From NCBI GenBank assembly GCA_004431415.1, contig QPMI01000101.1, positions 124,001 through 188,000 on the forward strand: a DNA stretch of 64,000 bases. The letters run 5' to 3'. The notes beneath the pieces are model-generated. The model saw only the letters and a list, made by a program, of their open reading frames with translations, ran no database searches and was not told where the DNA came from. The DNA is from Cyanophora paradoxa CCMP329 (lineage: Eukaryota > Plantae > Glaucophyta). This document shows, piece by piece, positions 50,625-61,862 of the stretch. The position numbers and the translations under genes are program-made. Every line of letters starts with the position of its first letter. The first letter of the stretch is position 1.

Positions 50625-50734
50625 TGAGGTGGCTGAGAGCGGCCAGAGAGCGGCTGAAAGTGACAGAGGGTCGCAACAGGGTCAGCGTGTCTCAGGGTGT
50701 CTGAGAATCTGGGGTACCGCAATCAGAGCTGCAG

Positions 50735-53420
50735 ATGACAGCACGTCGAGCCGCGGCAGCGGCGCTGCTGCTGCTCTACGGTGCGCTCGCGGATCTCTAT
50801 ACTGTCGCGTGTGGCATCGCCGCTTATCCGGCTACCGAGCGCAGTGACAGCCGCCGCGCTTGGGGACGCGGCGGCACCGGCAGATCCTCCGAATGATGCG
50901 GTGACATCAGCGGCAGCGGTGGCTAGCCCGACAATCAAAGGTACCGCAAAAGAAGTTCCGCGTCGCCGGGCCTGCGGCGAGGCTGAACACCATGTCGGTG
51001 CGCAGAGATGCAGGAAGAGATAGAGAAGCAGATCAGCACGGCACAGGCCAGCCTCGAGGACCCGAAGAGGAGAAGTGCTGACGTAAGAGCGGCAAAGGAA
51101 ACCCTGGAGAAGCATGCAGCGCAGGGCGTGAGCAGTGCCCTCTACGCGCTCGCCACGCTCTTCGAGGTCACAAGAGCCTCCTCGTACGCCCGCACCGCGC
51201 CCCGGCCTGAGCGGCTCGCGCAGGCCGGCGCGCCGGGCATCGAGCGGAACATCAGCGCGGCGATCGAGCTCCACCAGCAGGCAGCCGACACCGGCCACGA
51301 GGGATCGCAGGCTTCGCTCGGATTCCTGTACGCCGCTGGAATCGGCATGGCCCGCGACGAGCCGCGGGTGCGACCGACCCGCCCCGCCCCGCCCCGCCCC
51401 GCCCCGCTCCGCCTCGGCTCGCCGCCGGCCGGCAGGTCCTCCGCGCCACGCAGCTCAGTCTCGCGCAGTCGCTTCTGCACCTGCACTTCGCGGCGACGGG
51501 CGGGAGCGTGGAGGCGGCGATGGCGATGGGCTACCGGCACCTCTTCGGGCTGGGTGTCCCGGCGGACTGCACCCTGGCTTCCCAGTTCTACATGCCCGTC
51601 GCCGAGCGCGGTCCGCTCCTTTCCTTTCTTTCCTTCCCGCCTTTTTCCTTTCTGAGGGCGGCCGGCAGTGGTGGCGCACATCCAGAAGCCCGGCAACGGC
51701 CCCGTGGTGGACTGGCCGCGCCTTAACGACGACGCCGTGGCCAACCCCAACAACAAGGGCGAGGACGACGACGTCATCCAGTACTACCAGTTCTCCGCGG
51801 ACAACGGGGACGTCCAGGCGCAGGCACGTACCCCCTTCCCTTTTCTTCCCGCCCCGCCTCCGCTCATCTCCGCCCCGCAGATGGCCCTGGGCAACCTGTT
51901 CTACTGGGGCAACCGCAACGTACCCGCCTCGCCGGCGAAGGCGCTGAAGTACTTCAAGGCGGTGCGGCGTACCCCCCGGGGCTCGGGCCTGGCGTCGGGG
52001 CGAGCGGCGGGGGCAGGCGGCGGCGCAGGGGGACGCGAGCGCGCTCTCCAACCTCGGGCACATGCACCTCCACGGCGTCGGCGTCGGCCAGGTACCGCCC
52101 CCTCCCCCCCCCCCCCCCCCCCCCCCCGCCCCCCGAGATGCCCCCCCTCCAGCTTCCCCGCCCGACGCGCACCCCCGCAGGACAACGAGACGGGCTTCCG
52201 GTACTTCCAGCAGGCCGCCGAGAAGGTCCGCACTGTACCCCTGCACCGCGTTATCCCCCCCTTCTCACCGCGCCGTTCCTTTCAGAACAACTCGGCTGGA
52301 CTGAACGGACTGGGGTACTGCTTCATGTACGGCTACGGCGTGCCGGTCTCCCACGCGTGCGGCCGTACCCTCCCGCCTTTCCCGTTGCCGCCCTGACTCG
52401 GGTTCGAATCCGCAGGGAGGCCTTCCGGTACTTCAAAATGTCCGCCGAGCAGCAGAACCCCGAGGGCCAGTACAACCTCGCCACAATGTTCATGTGTACG
52501 TACCCCCCACTGCCTGTCCCCCTCGCCGCCTCTCAGCCCCCGGGGCAGCGGGGACGGGTACGGCGCAGGATCTGAGCCTCGCGTATCAGTACTTCACGCT
52601 GGCAGCCGCCCAGGTGCGGTGCCCCACGGCCCCCAGCCCCCTGCTCCCTCCCCCTGAAGCCCCCGCAGGGGCACACCCTGGCCCTCTACAATCTCGCCCA
52701 CATGCACCTCAACGGCATCGGCACCGAGCGCGACTGCCAGGTGCGCATCCTCCTCCCCCCCCCCCCCCCCCCCCCCTCTCTCTGTCTCAGGGAGCGGCAG
52801 GTGGGGGTACGGCGCTACCTGAAGGCGGTGGCGGAGCGGGGCCCCTGGGCGCGCTCCGTCCAGAACGCGTACCACGCCTTCCTCCGGGGCGACGTGCAGT
52901 CGGCGCTGCGGGGGTACGCGCGGGCGGCGGAGCAGGGGTACGAGGCGGCGATGGCGTCGGCGGGGTGGCTGTACGACAGGGGCGCCCCCGCGGCGGAGGC
53001 GGAGGCGTTCCTGGCGGGGAGGCCGCCCCCCGGGGACCCCCGCGGCAACCGCATGGCCCACGCCCTCCGCATGTACCTCCGCGCCGCCGAGCAGGGCCCG
53101 CCCCGCCCCCGCCGCCGCCCCCGCCCGCCTCGTCCGAGCGCGGCGCGCAGGCAACGCCGAGTGCGAGGTGCGCGCGGGGGACCTCTACTACTACGGCGAG
53201 GGCACCCCCGTGCGCTTCGACGCGGCCGCCTCGCACTACCGCCACGCCGGCGAGCAGTCCCGCTTCCGCCACCCCAAGGCGAGCCCGGCCGCCCGCCGCC
53301 CTCGGCCCCCTCTCAGGGCGGGGCGCAGGCGCTGTACAACGTGGGGTACATGCACGAGTTCGGGCTGGGGCTGGCGCGCGACTTCCACCTCGCCAAGCGC
53401 TACTACGACATGGCCGTGCG

Positions 53421-53456
<36 letters not shown>

Positions 53457-54198
53457 CCCGCTCCCCCCCTCGCTGCTCTGAGGCGGGGGGCGGGGCCGGC
53501 AGCTGGCGTCGCACCCCGAGGCGGCGGTGCCTGTGGGGCTCGCCCTCGTGCGCCTCTGGCTCCACATCAAGTGGCTCGCCCTGCGCCGCGCCGACTGGGA
53601 CGCCCTCTTCACCTGGTCCTGGGGCTCACACTCCGACCCCGCCGCCGCCCCGTCGCCCCCACGTCGCCCCTGGCGAGCCGCCCTCCGCACCCGCCCCCGG
53701 CCCCGGCGCCGGCCCCGGCCCCGGCTCGGCCTCCAAGCCGCCGGCGCCGGCGGCGTCGGCGGGGCCGGCGGGGCAGCAGCGGCGCCAGTCGGGGAGGGCG
53801 GCGGGCGGGGCTTCCTGCAGCGGCTCGAGGACGCGGCGCGCTGGGCGGGGAGGCGGCGCGGCGAGCGGCGGGGCGGCGGCGGCGGAGGCGGCGGCGGTGG
53901 CGGGGGCGGGGCGCTGCACTGGGACTCGGCGGCGCTCGGCATGCTGATCACCGCCCTCATGCTCGTCCTCGCCGCCCGCCAGCAGCGCCGCGCCCCGCGG
54001 CCCGGCCCGCCCCCGCCCCCGCCCGCCCCGCCCCGCCCACGAGGCGGCGCCCCAGCCGGCAGCTGCAGCGGCGGCGGCAGCAGCCGGGGATGCGCCTCCG
54101 CCCCGGCCGGAGGCGCAGCCCGATCCGGAGCCCGAGAGGCCATTCGCGATGGAATGAGGGCCTCCGCCCCGCGCTCCTCCCCGCGAACAATCATGTAA
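50735..54198 (+). CDS. SEL1L: SEL1L/Hrd3 ERAD component (signal peptide, Sel1 repeats, C-terminal TM)
   Basis: [95 protein letters not shown]; [16 protein letters not shown]. Confidence 0.92.
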
Positions 54199-55135
54199 TT
54201 CTAGCACCGCTGTAGGTTATGAAGTTCTTTTTCCGATGTAAATTGAAACGATATCACGATCGACTCCGCTGCATGCGCATGCGCAGTGCCGTACTATAGC
54301 TACTGCCAGGCCGACGCCGACAGGGCGCTTCGAATTCAGATCCGACATTAATATTAATCCGACTGCCATATGCATATGCATGCATATAGCCGGGCAGCAG
54401 CACCATGCGCATGCGCACTGCGGCAGCCCTAGGCCTGTGCACGTGAATTCGAATTCCAATTCTAATCGTCCGAGTTCGATGTCTGTCTGTCATACGTCGT
54501 GATCACTGCGTAGCCCAGATGCTGGTGCACGAATCGAATATTCATCTCAAAGTTTAAGCCGCTTCAGGATTTTCTCTACTGAAAGGTTGCCGCCCGGAAA
54601 ACTGAGTGCGTTCTTCTTCGGGAGAAGAAACTCCTTGATGTAAAGCAGGTCATTCTGGCGGAGTTGCCGACGCGTAATGCGTGCACAAATCAACTCGCGG
54701 ACAACTTAAAGTGAACGCTGATCATAAAAGCGGGGCACCTGGAGTTTTGCATCGCTGATGGGAAGGAGGGCCTTTTCGAGGCTCGCCGTCGTGCGCTCGC
54801 GGATCTCCTCCCGTAGCTGAGGCAGGGCGAGCTGCGGATGCACGTGAGTGGGCAGGCATCCGCGCGCACGGGCAGCCGCGACATGCGAGCCTCGGTACAC
54901 TTGCGGAGGAGGGCGACCGCAAGAGCGTGGTGCACGTGCTGGCGCTCCCTGGAGAGCACGAGAGTCCACTCGAAGGCGGCCAGAGCCGACACGATGCTGC
55001 ACGCGGCCAGCCTTCAATGTACATGTGCGCCCCGGCCCGCTCCGGGCACCGCGCACTGCAGCCGCGCAGCTCACCGCATGGCGACCAAAGACGCGAACGC
55101 GTCCAAAAGAGCGCGAAACTTGTCTTCGCGATCGC

Positions 55136-56898
55136 TCACATCCGGACGATGGCGCAGCTCGTCTTGCCCGTGCCGGAGCGGCCGACGGCGAGCACGGGGC
55201 CCGGCGCGCAGATGAGGTTCAGCTCCGCTGCCCTGCCGCAGTGCGGAGGGGCGTGAGGGGGAGCGCGAGGAGAGCCGAGGGCGGGGTAATGGCGACGAAA
55301 GATTGCGGGAACAAAGGAAACGTGGGCGGGGGGGGATGGAGTGGGCGGGAAGGGGAGGTGGGGAAGATCTAGAAGGGAAGGGAAGGGGCTGGGTGTCTGT
55401 GGGTGTGTTGGGGGGGGGGGGGGAGGGGGGGAGGAGGAGGGGTGGTGGTGGCAGGGGGAAGCGAAGAGCGAGGTGAGATGGATGGGCAGGGGTAAGGCGA
55501 GGGGCGGGATGAGGCCGGGGAGGGGAGACGGTGGAGGCCAGGGAGCGAGGGAAGGGTGAGGGCGGAAAAGGATGTCGGTGAGGGTGAAAAAAAAAGGGGA
55601 GGGTAAGGGCAGGAGGAAGAGGGGGGGGGTTGGGGGGAGCGGGGGGGGGGGGGGGGGGGGGAAGGCGGGATTGGCGGCACAGGGCGCGGAAGGGCGAGAC
55701 GCGGCGTGGACGAGTCAAACAGGGCGCAGGCGGGCGCACGAGATCTCGGCGCGCTCGCTGGCCGGCACGTCGTCGGGGGCGCCGGCGAGCGAGCGCCCCG
55801 CGAGCGCCTCCCGCGCGATGCCCGCCGCCTGCCGCCGCACCTGCTCGAGCACCGGCAGGTCTGCGGCCCGTCAGGCGGCGCCCGGCGGCGGCGCAGGGGC
55901 GGCGGGGCGGGGCGGACCGCGGTCGACGGCGGGGCGCGGGGGGCGGCGGGGCGGCCCTCAGGCGGCTCCTCGGCCGGCGCCGGGGCGGGCGGCTCGACGG
56001 CAGCGAGCGCGGAGAGCTCCAGCGCGAACTCGTCGGTGCGGGGCGGGGGCGGCGGCCCCTCCGCCGCCAGCTTCCGCGGGGCGCGCACGCCGCCGGCGTC
56101 GGGCGTCCTCGGCGGGGGCCGCGGCTCGCCCAAGGCCACCGCCTGCCGCCGGCGGAAGCGCTCGGAGACGGCGCGCACGGCCGCCGGCACTCCGTCGTGC
56201 CCGCAGACGTCCCTGGCCGCGCAGCGTACGCGTCGGCGCGGGCGCCGGCGGCGGGCGCGCGGCGCCGGGCTCGCGCACCAAAGCAGGATCTTGTCACGCC
56301 AGCACGCGCGCCGCTCCGAGAACGCGAAGACCTGCCGCCGGTGCGATCAGCGCCCAGGTCCACATCGGAACCATGGCCACCGACCCCGCGGAGACACCGA
56401 CCTCCTCCCAGAGCAGCCGCCATCCGAGCGGCAGGTAGGACTCGAACAGGGCCAGGCCCGGCTCGGCCTGCCCGCGCCCCGTGTGAACAGCGCGAGGCGC
56501 CGCAATCCGCAGCTGCAGCAACGGGCGCACATGGGCGAGGGGCTTCGCGTGGTTCACAGCGCTTCGGAAGTCGCGCCCCTCGACGAGCAGCCGCAGCTTC
56601 TTCAGCACCGGCACCCGTAGCGCCGAGTCGAGGTTTCGCCACGACCTGAAGAAGCGCCGTGTGACCTCCACCTCCCTGCACGTCGCGCGCGCCTGATCGG
56701 AGCTCGGCAAGCTCTGTCACCAGCGCCTGCGCTCCTGCTCCGTCGCCAGTGCCGTCCTCCGCCTCGAGCTCGAGCGCTGCGTTCTCGCCGGCTGCAAGCG
56801 CACCGGGCACGAGCGCGCGTTCATCGCCGTCGAGCTCGCCGGGTCGCTGATCGACCACAATGGGCGGGAGGGGCGGGATCGGCGATGCCTGCCGATGT
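55136..56898 (-). pseudogene. TRANK1-like (RelE-like domain plus UvrD-type P-loop) gene fragment, interrupted and truncated; upstream part at 61794-61860
   Basis: EVEVTRRFFRSW...VLKKLRLLVEG...LFESYLPLGWRLLWE, KILLW|DVCGHD, PVLAVGRSGTGKTSCAIVR follow the motif order I recall for TRANK1; too little room downstream for the rest of a helicase. Confidence 0.65.
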
Positions 56899-57945
56899 TG
56901 TAGTGGACCAAACAATTCCGTGGACCATCAAATTTTTTTGGTCCGCGTTTTTGATCCATCTTCGAGTAAATGCGTAGCCCGACACAAAGAGGGGGATTGT
57001 GTGACGGGAGGGCGAGCCCTGCACGGGTAGCAGCGCATAGAACTGCGTGGGGTAGCGCACCCATTTGCATGCCGAACCAGGCCTGGCGCGCAGTAGCGGC
57101 GGCAACATCCGGGCCTGAATTTCGAAATCTATCTGAACTCGAGCACTCGCGATCGTGGCACCGACTGATCTCTAGATCTAGCTGCGCCCTGTCGTCAGTC
57201 GGTGCCCTGTCGACGTCGTCTTCGCCCGCGTGCCACATCGCGATGGATATCTAGCCTATAGCTATGCTCGGGCTGCGAATCCGCAGCAGCCCGCACGCGC
57301 AGCAGCCCGTCCGCCGCGCGCGCGCGCAATATTGCGCATGCAAGCGCAAGCGCAAGCTCGAGCCTGCGTGCAGCAGGCAGAGCATGCGCAGACGCGAGTG
57401 TGCGCGCTAGCTCCGAGGCTCCACGATCGATTCCACACACAGGGCTCGCTCGCGCTATAGCTATAGCTATAGCTAGCGAGCGAAGCTGCATGCGCAGCTA
57501 GATCGACGACGCCTGCGCCGACAGCTGCAAAGAAGCGCAGGCGGCCGCCAAAGCGAACGTCAACATCAAGGTCTTCACGCGCAGGCTATAGCTAGGTGTG
57601 CAGAGGTGTTAACGTTCCATCAGGCCAGCGGCTGGCCCACGGGTCTTCTGGCGACGTTCCCCATGGCCAGCTCGGGCGGGCGCTATTCTCCGCCGAGGAG
57701 ATCTTCGATTTCCTAACAATCAAGGTGGGCCCCCATGCATATATATGTTACGCAAGCGGTCTAGTCTGCGTTACACTTTGTTTCACAAATGCGCAACACA
57801 ATTGTTTCACTATGTGTCACACATTGCATCAATTTGCGTAACGTTTGCGTAACACAACGACGCAGCGGGAGCCCACCCCCGCCCCCCCTTCCCTTCCGTC
57901 CCCCTCCCCCCTCCCCCCCCCCCCCTCCTCCCCGACGGCCTCGCA

Positions 57946-58530
57946 GCGGCTCGCGAAGGCTCTGGAGCACTTCCAAATCGACGTCATCGGCGCCTTGTAC
58001 GCCCCCCGGGCCCCGGCTCGTTCCCCCTGGCATCTCCTCACCCCCCGCAGGGGCCTGGACGTGGACGCCTCGACGGGCGGCTTCACGGACGTGCTGCTGG
58101 CGAGCGGCGCGCGGCGGGTCTACTCCGCTCGGACGAGCGCGTCGTCTTCCTCGAGAAGACGAACGCGCGGAGCCTCTCCCCCCACCCCCCCGGAGCCTCT
58201 CCCCCGCCCCCCGCCCTAACCCTAACCCTAACCCCGCCCTCGAGCTCGAGCTCGTCGACGTCGTCGTGTGCGCGGCCCCAGCCCCCCTCCGGAGCCCTCC
58301 CCTTCTCGGCTGAGGCCCGGCAGGTGCGACGCGCCGTTCATCGGGCTGGCGACGGTGCTCCCGGCGGCGATGGCGCTGGGCGCCGACGGCTGCCGCCTGG
58401 TGGCCCTCATCAAGCCCCAGTTCGAGGTGGGCAAGGGCAACGTCGGCAAGGGCGGCATCGTGCGGGACCCCGCCCTCCACCGGGCCGTCTGCGAGCGCAT
58501 CCTCGCCTGGCTCGACGACCCCGACGGCCG
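57946..58530 (+). pseudogene. Captured fragment of TlyA/hemolysin-A-family rRNA 2'-O-methyltransferase
   Basis: RLAKALEHFQIDV, LDVDASTGGFTDVLLASGARRVY, VFLEKTNARSL, VDVVV|CDAPFIGLATVLP, LVALIKPQFEVGK..VGKGGIVRDP; no N- or C-terminus, internal deletion, introns retained. Confidence 0.85.
58214..58231. repeat. Interstitial telomere-like (CCCTAA)3
   Basis: CCCTAACCCTAACCCTAA followed by CCC, within the tlyA fragment. Confidence 0.6.
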
Positions 58531-59960
58531 CCACGCCGCCGAGCGCGCCGGCCTCTCCGGTCGCAGCCCCCACGGCCACGGCCCCTGCCCCCGCGCCAGC
58601 CCCCCGGGTCGCCGCGGCTCGCCGGGCGGGGCGGCGGCGCCGCGGGCGGCTCCGCGTCTCGTCGCATGGGGCGGCGGCGTGGTGGGCGGCGGCGCGGCTT
58701 GCGGGGCGGGAAGGAGGCGCGGCGGGCGGCGCCGCGGCTCGCTGGGCGGGGCGGCGGCGCGGCGCCGGCGGGCGGCGGCGCGTCTCGCCGCATGAGGCGG
58801 CGGCGAGGCGGCCGGCGCCGCGGCTCGCCAGGCGGTGCGTGAGGCTCGGCGTTCGGCGGCGCGGCTTGCCGCATGTTAACGTTGTACATGCATATGGCGA
58901 TATTCAAGAGTAACATAGGGGACACGTCACAACGTTGGGGCACGGTGGCGGGGCATGGTACCGGTGGGGCACGTCGAGGCACGGCCGCATGGTGGGGCAC
59001 GTCGGGGCATGGTGGGGCACGATGGGGCCCGGGGCACGTGGGGCACGTCGGGGCATGGCCGCAAGTAACATGTACTAGAATCCTTAGGGGACACGTCACA
59101 GCGTTGCAATTGGGGCACGGTGGCGGGGCATGATGCATATGGGGCACGTCGGGGCGATTTCGTTCCAACAAGCGATGCCCAGTGAATGAGTGATCATGCC
59201 ATGATGACATATATATATAAGGCTTGTTTAAGCCTTTGTAAATAATATGCAATATGCATGCCATGATGCTGTTATGTATATTCAGTGGTAATGGAGTCAC
59301 CCACCAAGGTCAGTGCCACGGTGTCCACCAAGGTCAGTGCCACGGTGTTCATGATGACAGAAACGGGTGAGGTTAAGTTGTCAGTGTGCATGTCATGATC
59401 AGGTTTCAAGTTTCACTGAGTCAAGCCTTGAAGCCGAAGTTTGAGAACTCGTACGCCGTGACGGGCAAGCCTTGAAGGGTAATTTGCGAGTCCCGACCTT
59501 TCAAGTTTTTATATATCCTGAAAGCCCCTTTAATTGTCTTCCTCATGATGTCCTCTGATCTCATATATGATATACACCTAATTTCCATCCAAAGATATGC
59601 AGTTCGGAAAGAATCGAGTATGTACTGATGCCATGATGTGGATGGCATATGGTGCCCTGGTCTCGATCTGGTCATCCCCCTCAGGGCCTAGCGCTCGGCG
59701 CCCCGGGCTCATCTTATAGATTCTGAATCTCTGATGCAGGCGCTCCGATGCAGGCGCGGGGCCCGCGGCCCGTCCTGGGGAGAACGGGCGCAGTTCCGCG
59801 GGCCCATCCCCTCATGTGCCCCCCTCACTCCCTCGAGGCGAGCCTTTTGTCTCGCGCCCGGCGGCCCCGGCTCATCTTATAGATTCTGAATTTGGGTTTC
59901 ATACACGTCGTTCTTGTGTGCTCCGATGCAAGCGCGGGGCCCGTTCTGGGGAGAACGGGC

Positions 59961-60840
59961 GCGTCCGCCCCGCCCGGCGAGCCGCTCCTCCGCCCGCCGC
60001 GCCTCCGCCCCGCCCGGAGAGCCGCGCCGCCGCGCGCCGCGCCTCCGCCCCGCCCGTCGAGCCGCTCCTCCGCCCGCCGCGCCTCCGCCCCGCCCGGAGA
60101 GCCGCGCCGCCGCGCGCCGCGCCTCCGCCCCGCCCGGCGAGCCGCTCCTCCGCCCGCCGCGCCTCCGCCCCGCCCGGAGAGCCACGCCGCCGCGCGCCGC
60201 GCCTCCGCCCCGCCCGGCGAGCCGCTCCTCCGCCCGCCGCGCCTCCGCCCCGCCCGGAGAGCCACGCCGCCGCGCGCCGCGCCTCCGCCCCGCCCGGCGA
60301 GCCGCTCCTCCGCCCGCCGCGCCTCCGCCCCGCCCGGAGAGCCGCGCCGCCGCGCGCCGCGCCTCCGCCCCGCCCGTCGAGCCGCTCCTCCGCCCGCCGC
60401 GCCTCCGCCCCGCCCGGAGAGCCGCGCCGCCGCGCGCCGCGCCTCCGCCCCGCCCGGCGAGCCGCTCCTCCGCCCGCCGCGCCTCCGCCCCGCCCGGAGA
60501 GCCACGCCGCCGCGCGCCGCGCCTCCGCCCCGCCCGGCGAGCCGCTCCTCCGCCCGCCGCGCCTCCGCCCGCCCGGAGAGCCACGCCGCCGCGCGCCGCG
60601 CCTCCGCCCGCCCGGCGAGCCGCTCCTCCGCCCGCCGCGCCTCCGCCCCGCCCGGAGAGCCGCGCCGCCGCGCGCCGCGCCTCCGCCCGCCCGGCGAGCC
60701 GCTCCTCCGCCCGCCGCGCCTCCGCCCCGCCCGGAGAGCCGCGCCGCCGCGCGCCGCGCCTCCGCCCCGCCCGGCGAGCCGCTCCTCCGCCCGCCGCGCC
60801 TCCGCCCGCCCGGAGAGCCGCGCCGCCGCGCGCCGCGCCG
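59961..60840. repeat. GC-rich minisatellite: alternating 40-bp A/B subunits forming an 80-bp higher-order repeat (~11 units)
   Basis: A=GCCTCCGCCCCGCCCGGAGAGCCGCGCCGCCGCGCGCCGC, B=GCCTCCGCCCCGCCCGGCGAGCCGCTCCTCCGCCCGCCGC alternate; distal units lose a few bases. Confidence 0.93.
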
Positions 60841-61862
60841 CCGCCCACCACGCCGCCGCCGCCGCCGCGCGCCGCGCCGCCGCCCACCACGCCGCTGCCG
60901 ATTGCGTTACACAGTGTTCGCCACAGTGTATGGACTGTGTTACGCAACTCATGTGTGGCTTATGTGTAACTCAATGTAAGAGACTGCGTAACACAATGCA
61001 CACAGGCGCACCTTCAGAGGCAGTACACGGAGACTGAAACGGGCTCCTCCGGCGGCGTCGCTTCCCCTCGTCGGCGTTGCCAGCCGTCGGTCCTTCTTGC
61101 CTTTGTCCGGGCCGATGTGTGTTCAGGAGGGTCTCCCCGCTGCGGCTTTTGCCGCAGTGCAATTGGCTTCTTTGCGGACGGCCGGTCGCCGCCTGCTCCC
61201 GGCAAACGCTGTGCCAAGGCTGCGCGCGACGATAGACAACACGTCTGGGCTCGAAGCGCTAGCGGGCGCGGCGGCGCAGCGGCGCTCAAGCTCGTGGCCT
61301 GGGCGGCGCCTTCTTGTTCGAGCTGCTGCAGCTGCTGCTTCAAGAAGGTACGTTGTCCGCCTCCGGCTCCGCGGCTCCTCGCTTCGTCACGAAGTAGATC
61401 TAGAAGCACCGGCGCATGCGCGCGATGCTTGCGCAGTGCGGGACGCGAGGGCAGCGAACCTCTGCCTCGTTAAAACCTTCACATCAGCTGCGCGCCGGCT
61501 CCATCGATCGTGCTCGCACTTGCACTTGCACTGTCGACGTCGACGCTGCACCTGCACCTGCACCGTCGACGTCTGGCTTCTAGATCTTGCCCATCGTGCG
61601 ATCGCCCCGGCCGTACGCGTACGAGCTCTAGCTATAGCTATAGGGATCGACTGCGGCTCTAGCTAGCTGTATCCTGGCGTAACGCAATCCCCCTCTTTGT
61701 GTCGGGCTACGCATTTACTCGAAGATGGATCAAAAACGCGGACCAAAAAAATTTGATGGTCCACGCACGGAATTGTTTGGTCCACTACAATGTGCGTCTA
61801 GGTACTCCGCCGCGGTTTTTCGGCGCAAGCCGTTAATTGCTTCTAAGTTCATGGCTCTCATA

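Larger units (their letters stand above)
56899..61789. mobile_element. 4.9-kb non-autonomous TIR transposon (TGT...ACA ends, 4-bp TSD; Ginger-like)
   Basis: ~100-bp near-perfect inverted repeats at 56899-56999 and 61685-61789; ATGT duplicated at 56895-56898 and 61790-61793; no transposase recognised inside. Confidence 0.9.

Noticed and set aside
55136-55138. Possible TGA=Trp recoding at the M-TGA position
   Set aside because: Other genes here end in TGA (FKBP, ubiquitin-domain gene), and the site also fits a GTGAG splice donor or a pseudogene stop.
59180-59680. AT-rich blocks resembling transposon subterminal DNA (also ~18330-18800, 25780-26110, 63510-63960)
   Set aside because: No paired TIRs, TSDs or recognisable coding motifs, so left unassigned.
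59961-60840. CRISPR-like periodic array
   Set aside because: Contiguous tandem units with no unique spacers and no cas genes; eukaryotic context.
59816-61037. 350-390-aa ORFs on both strands
   Set aside because: They are translations of the stop-free GC minisatellite.
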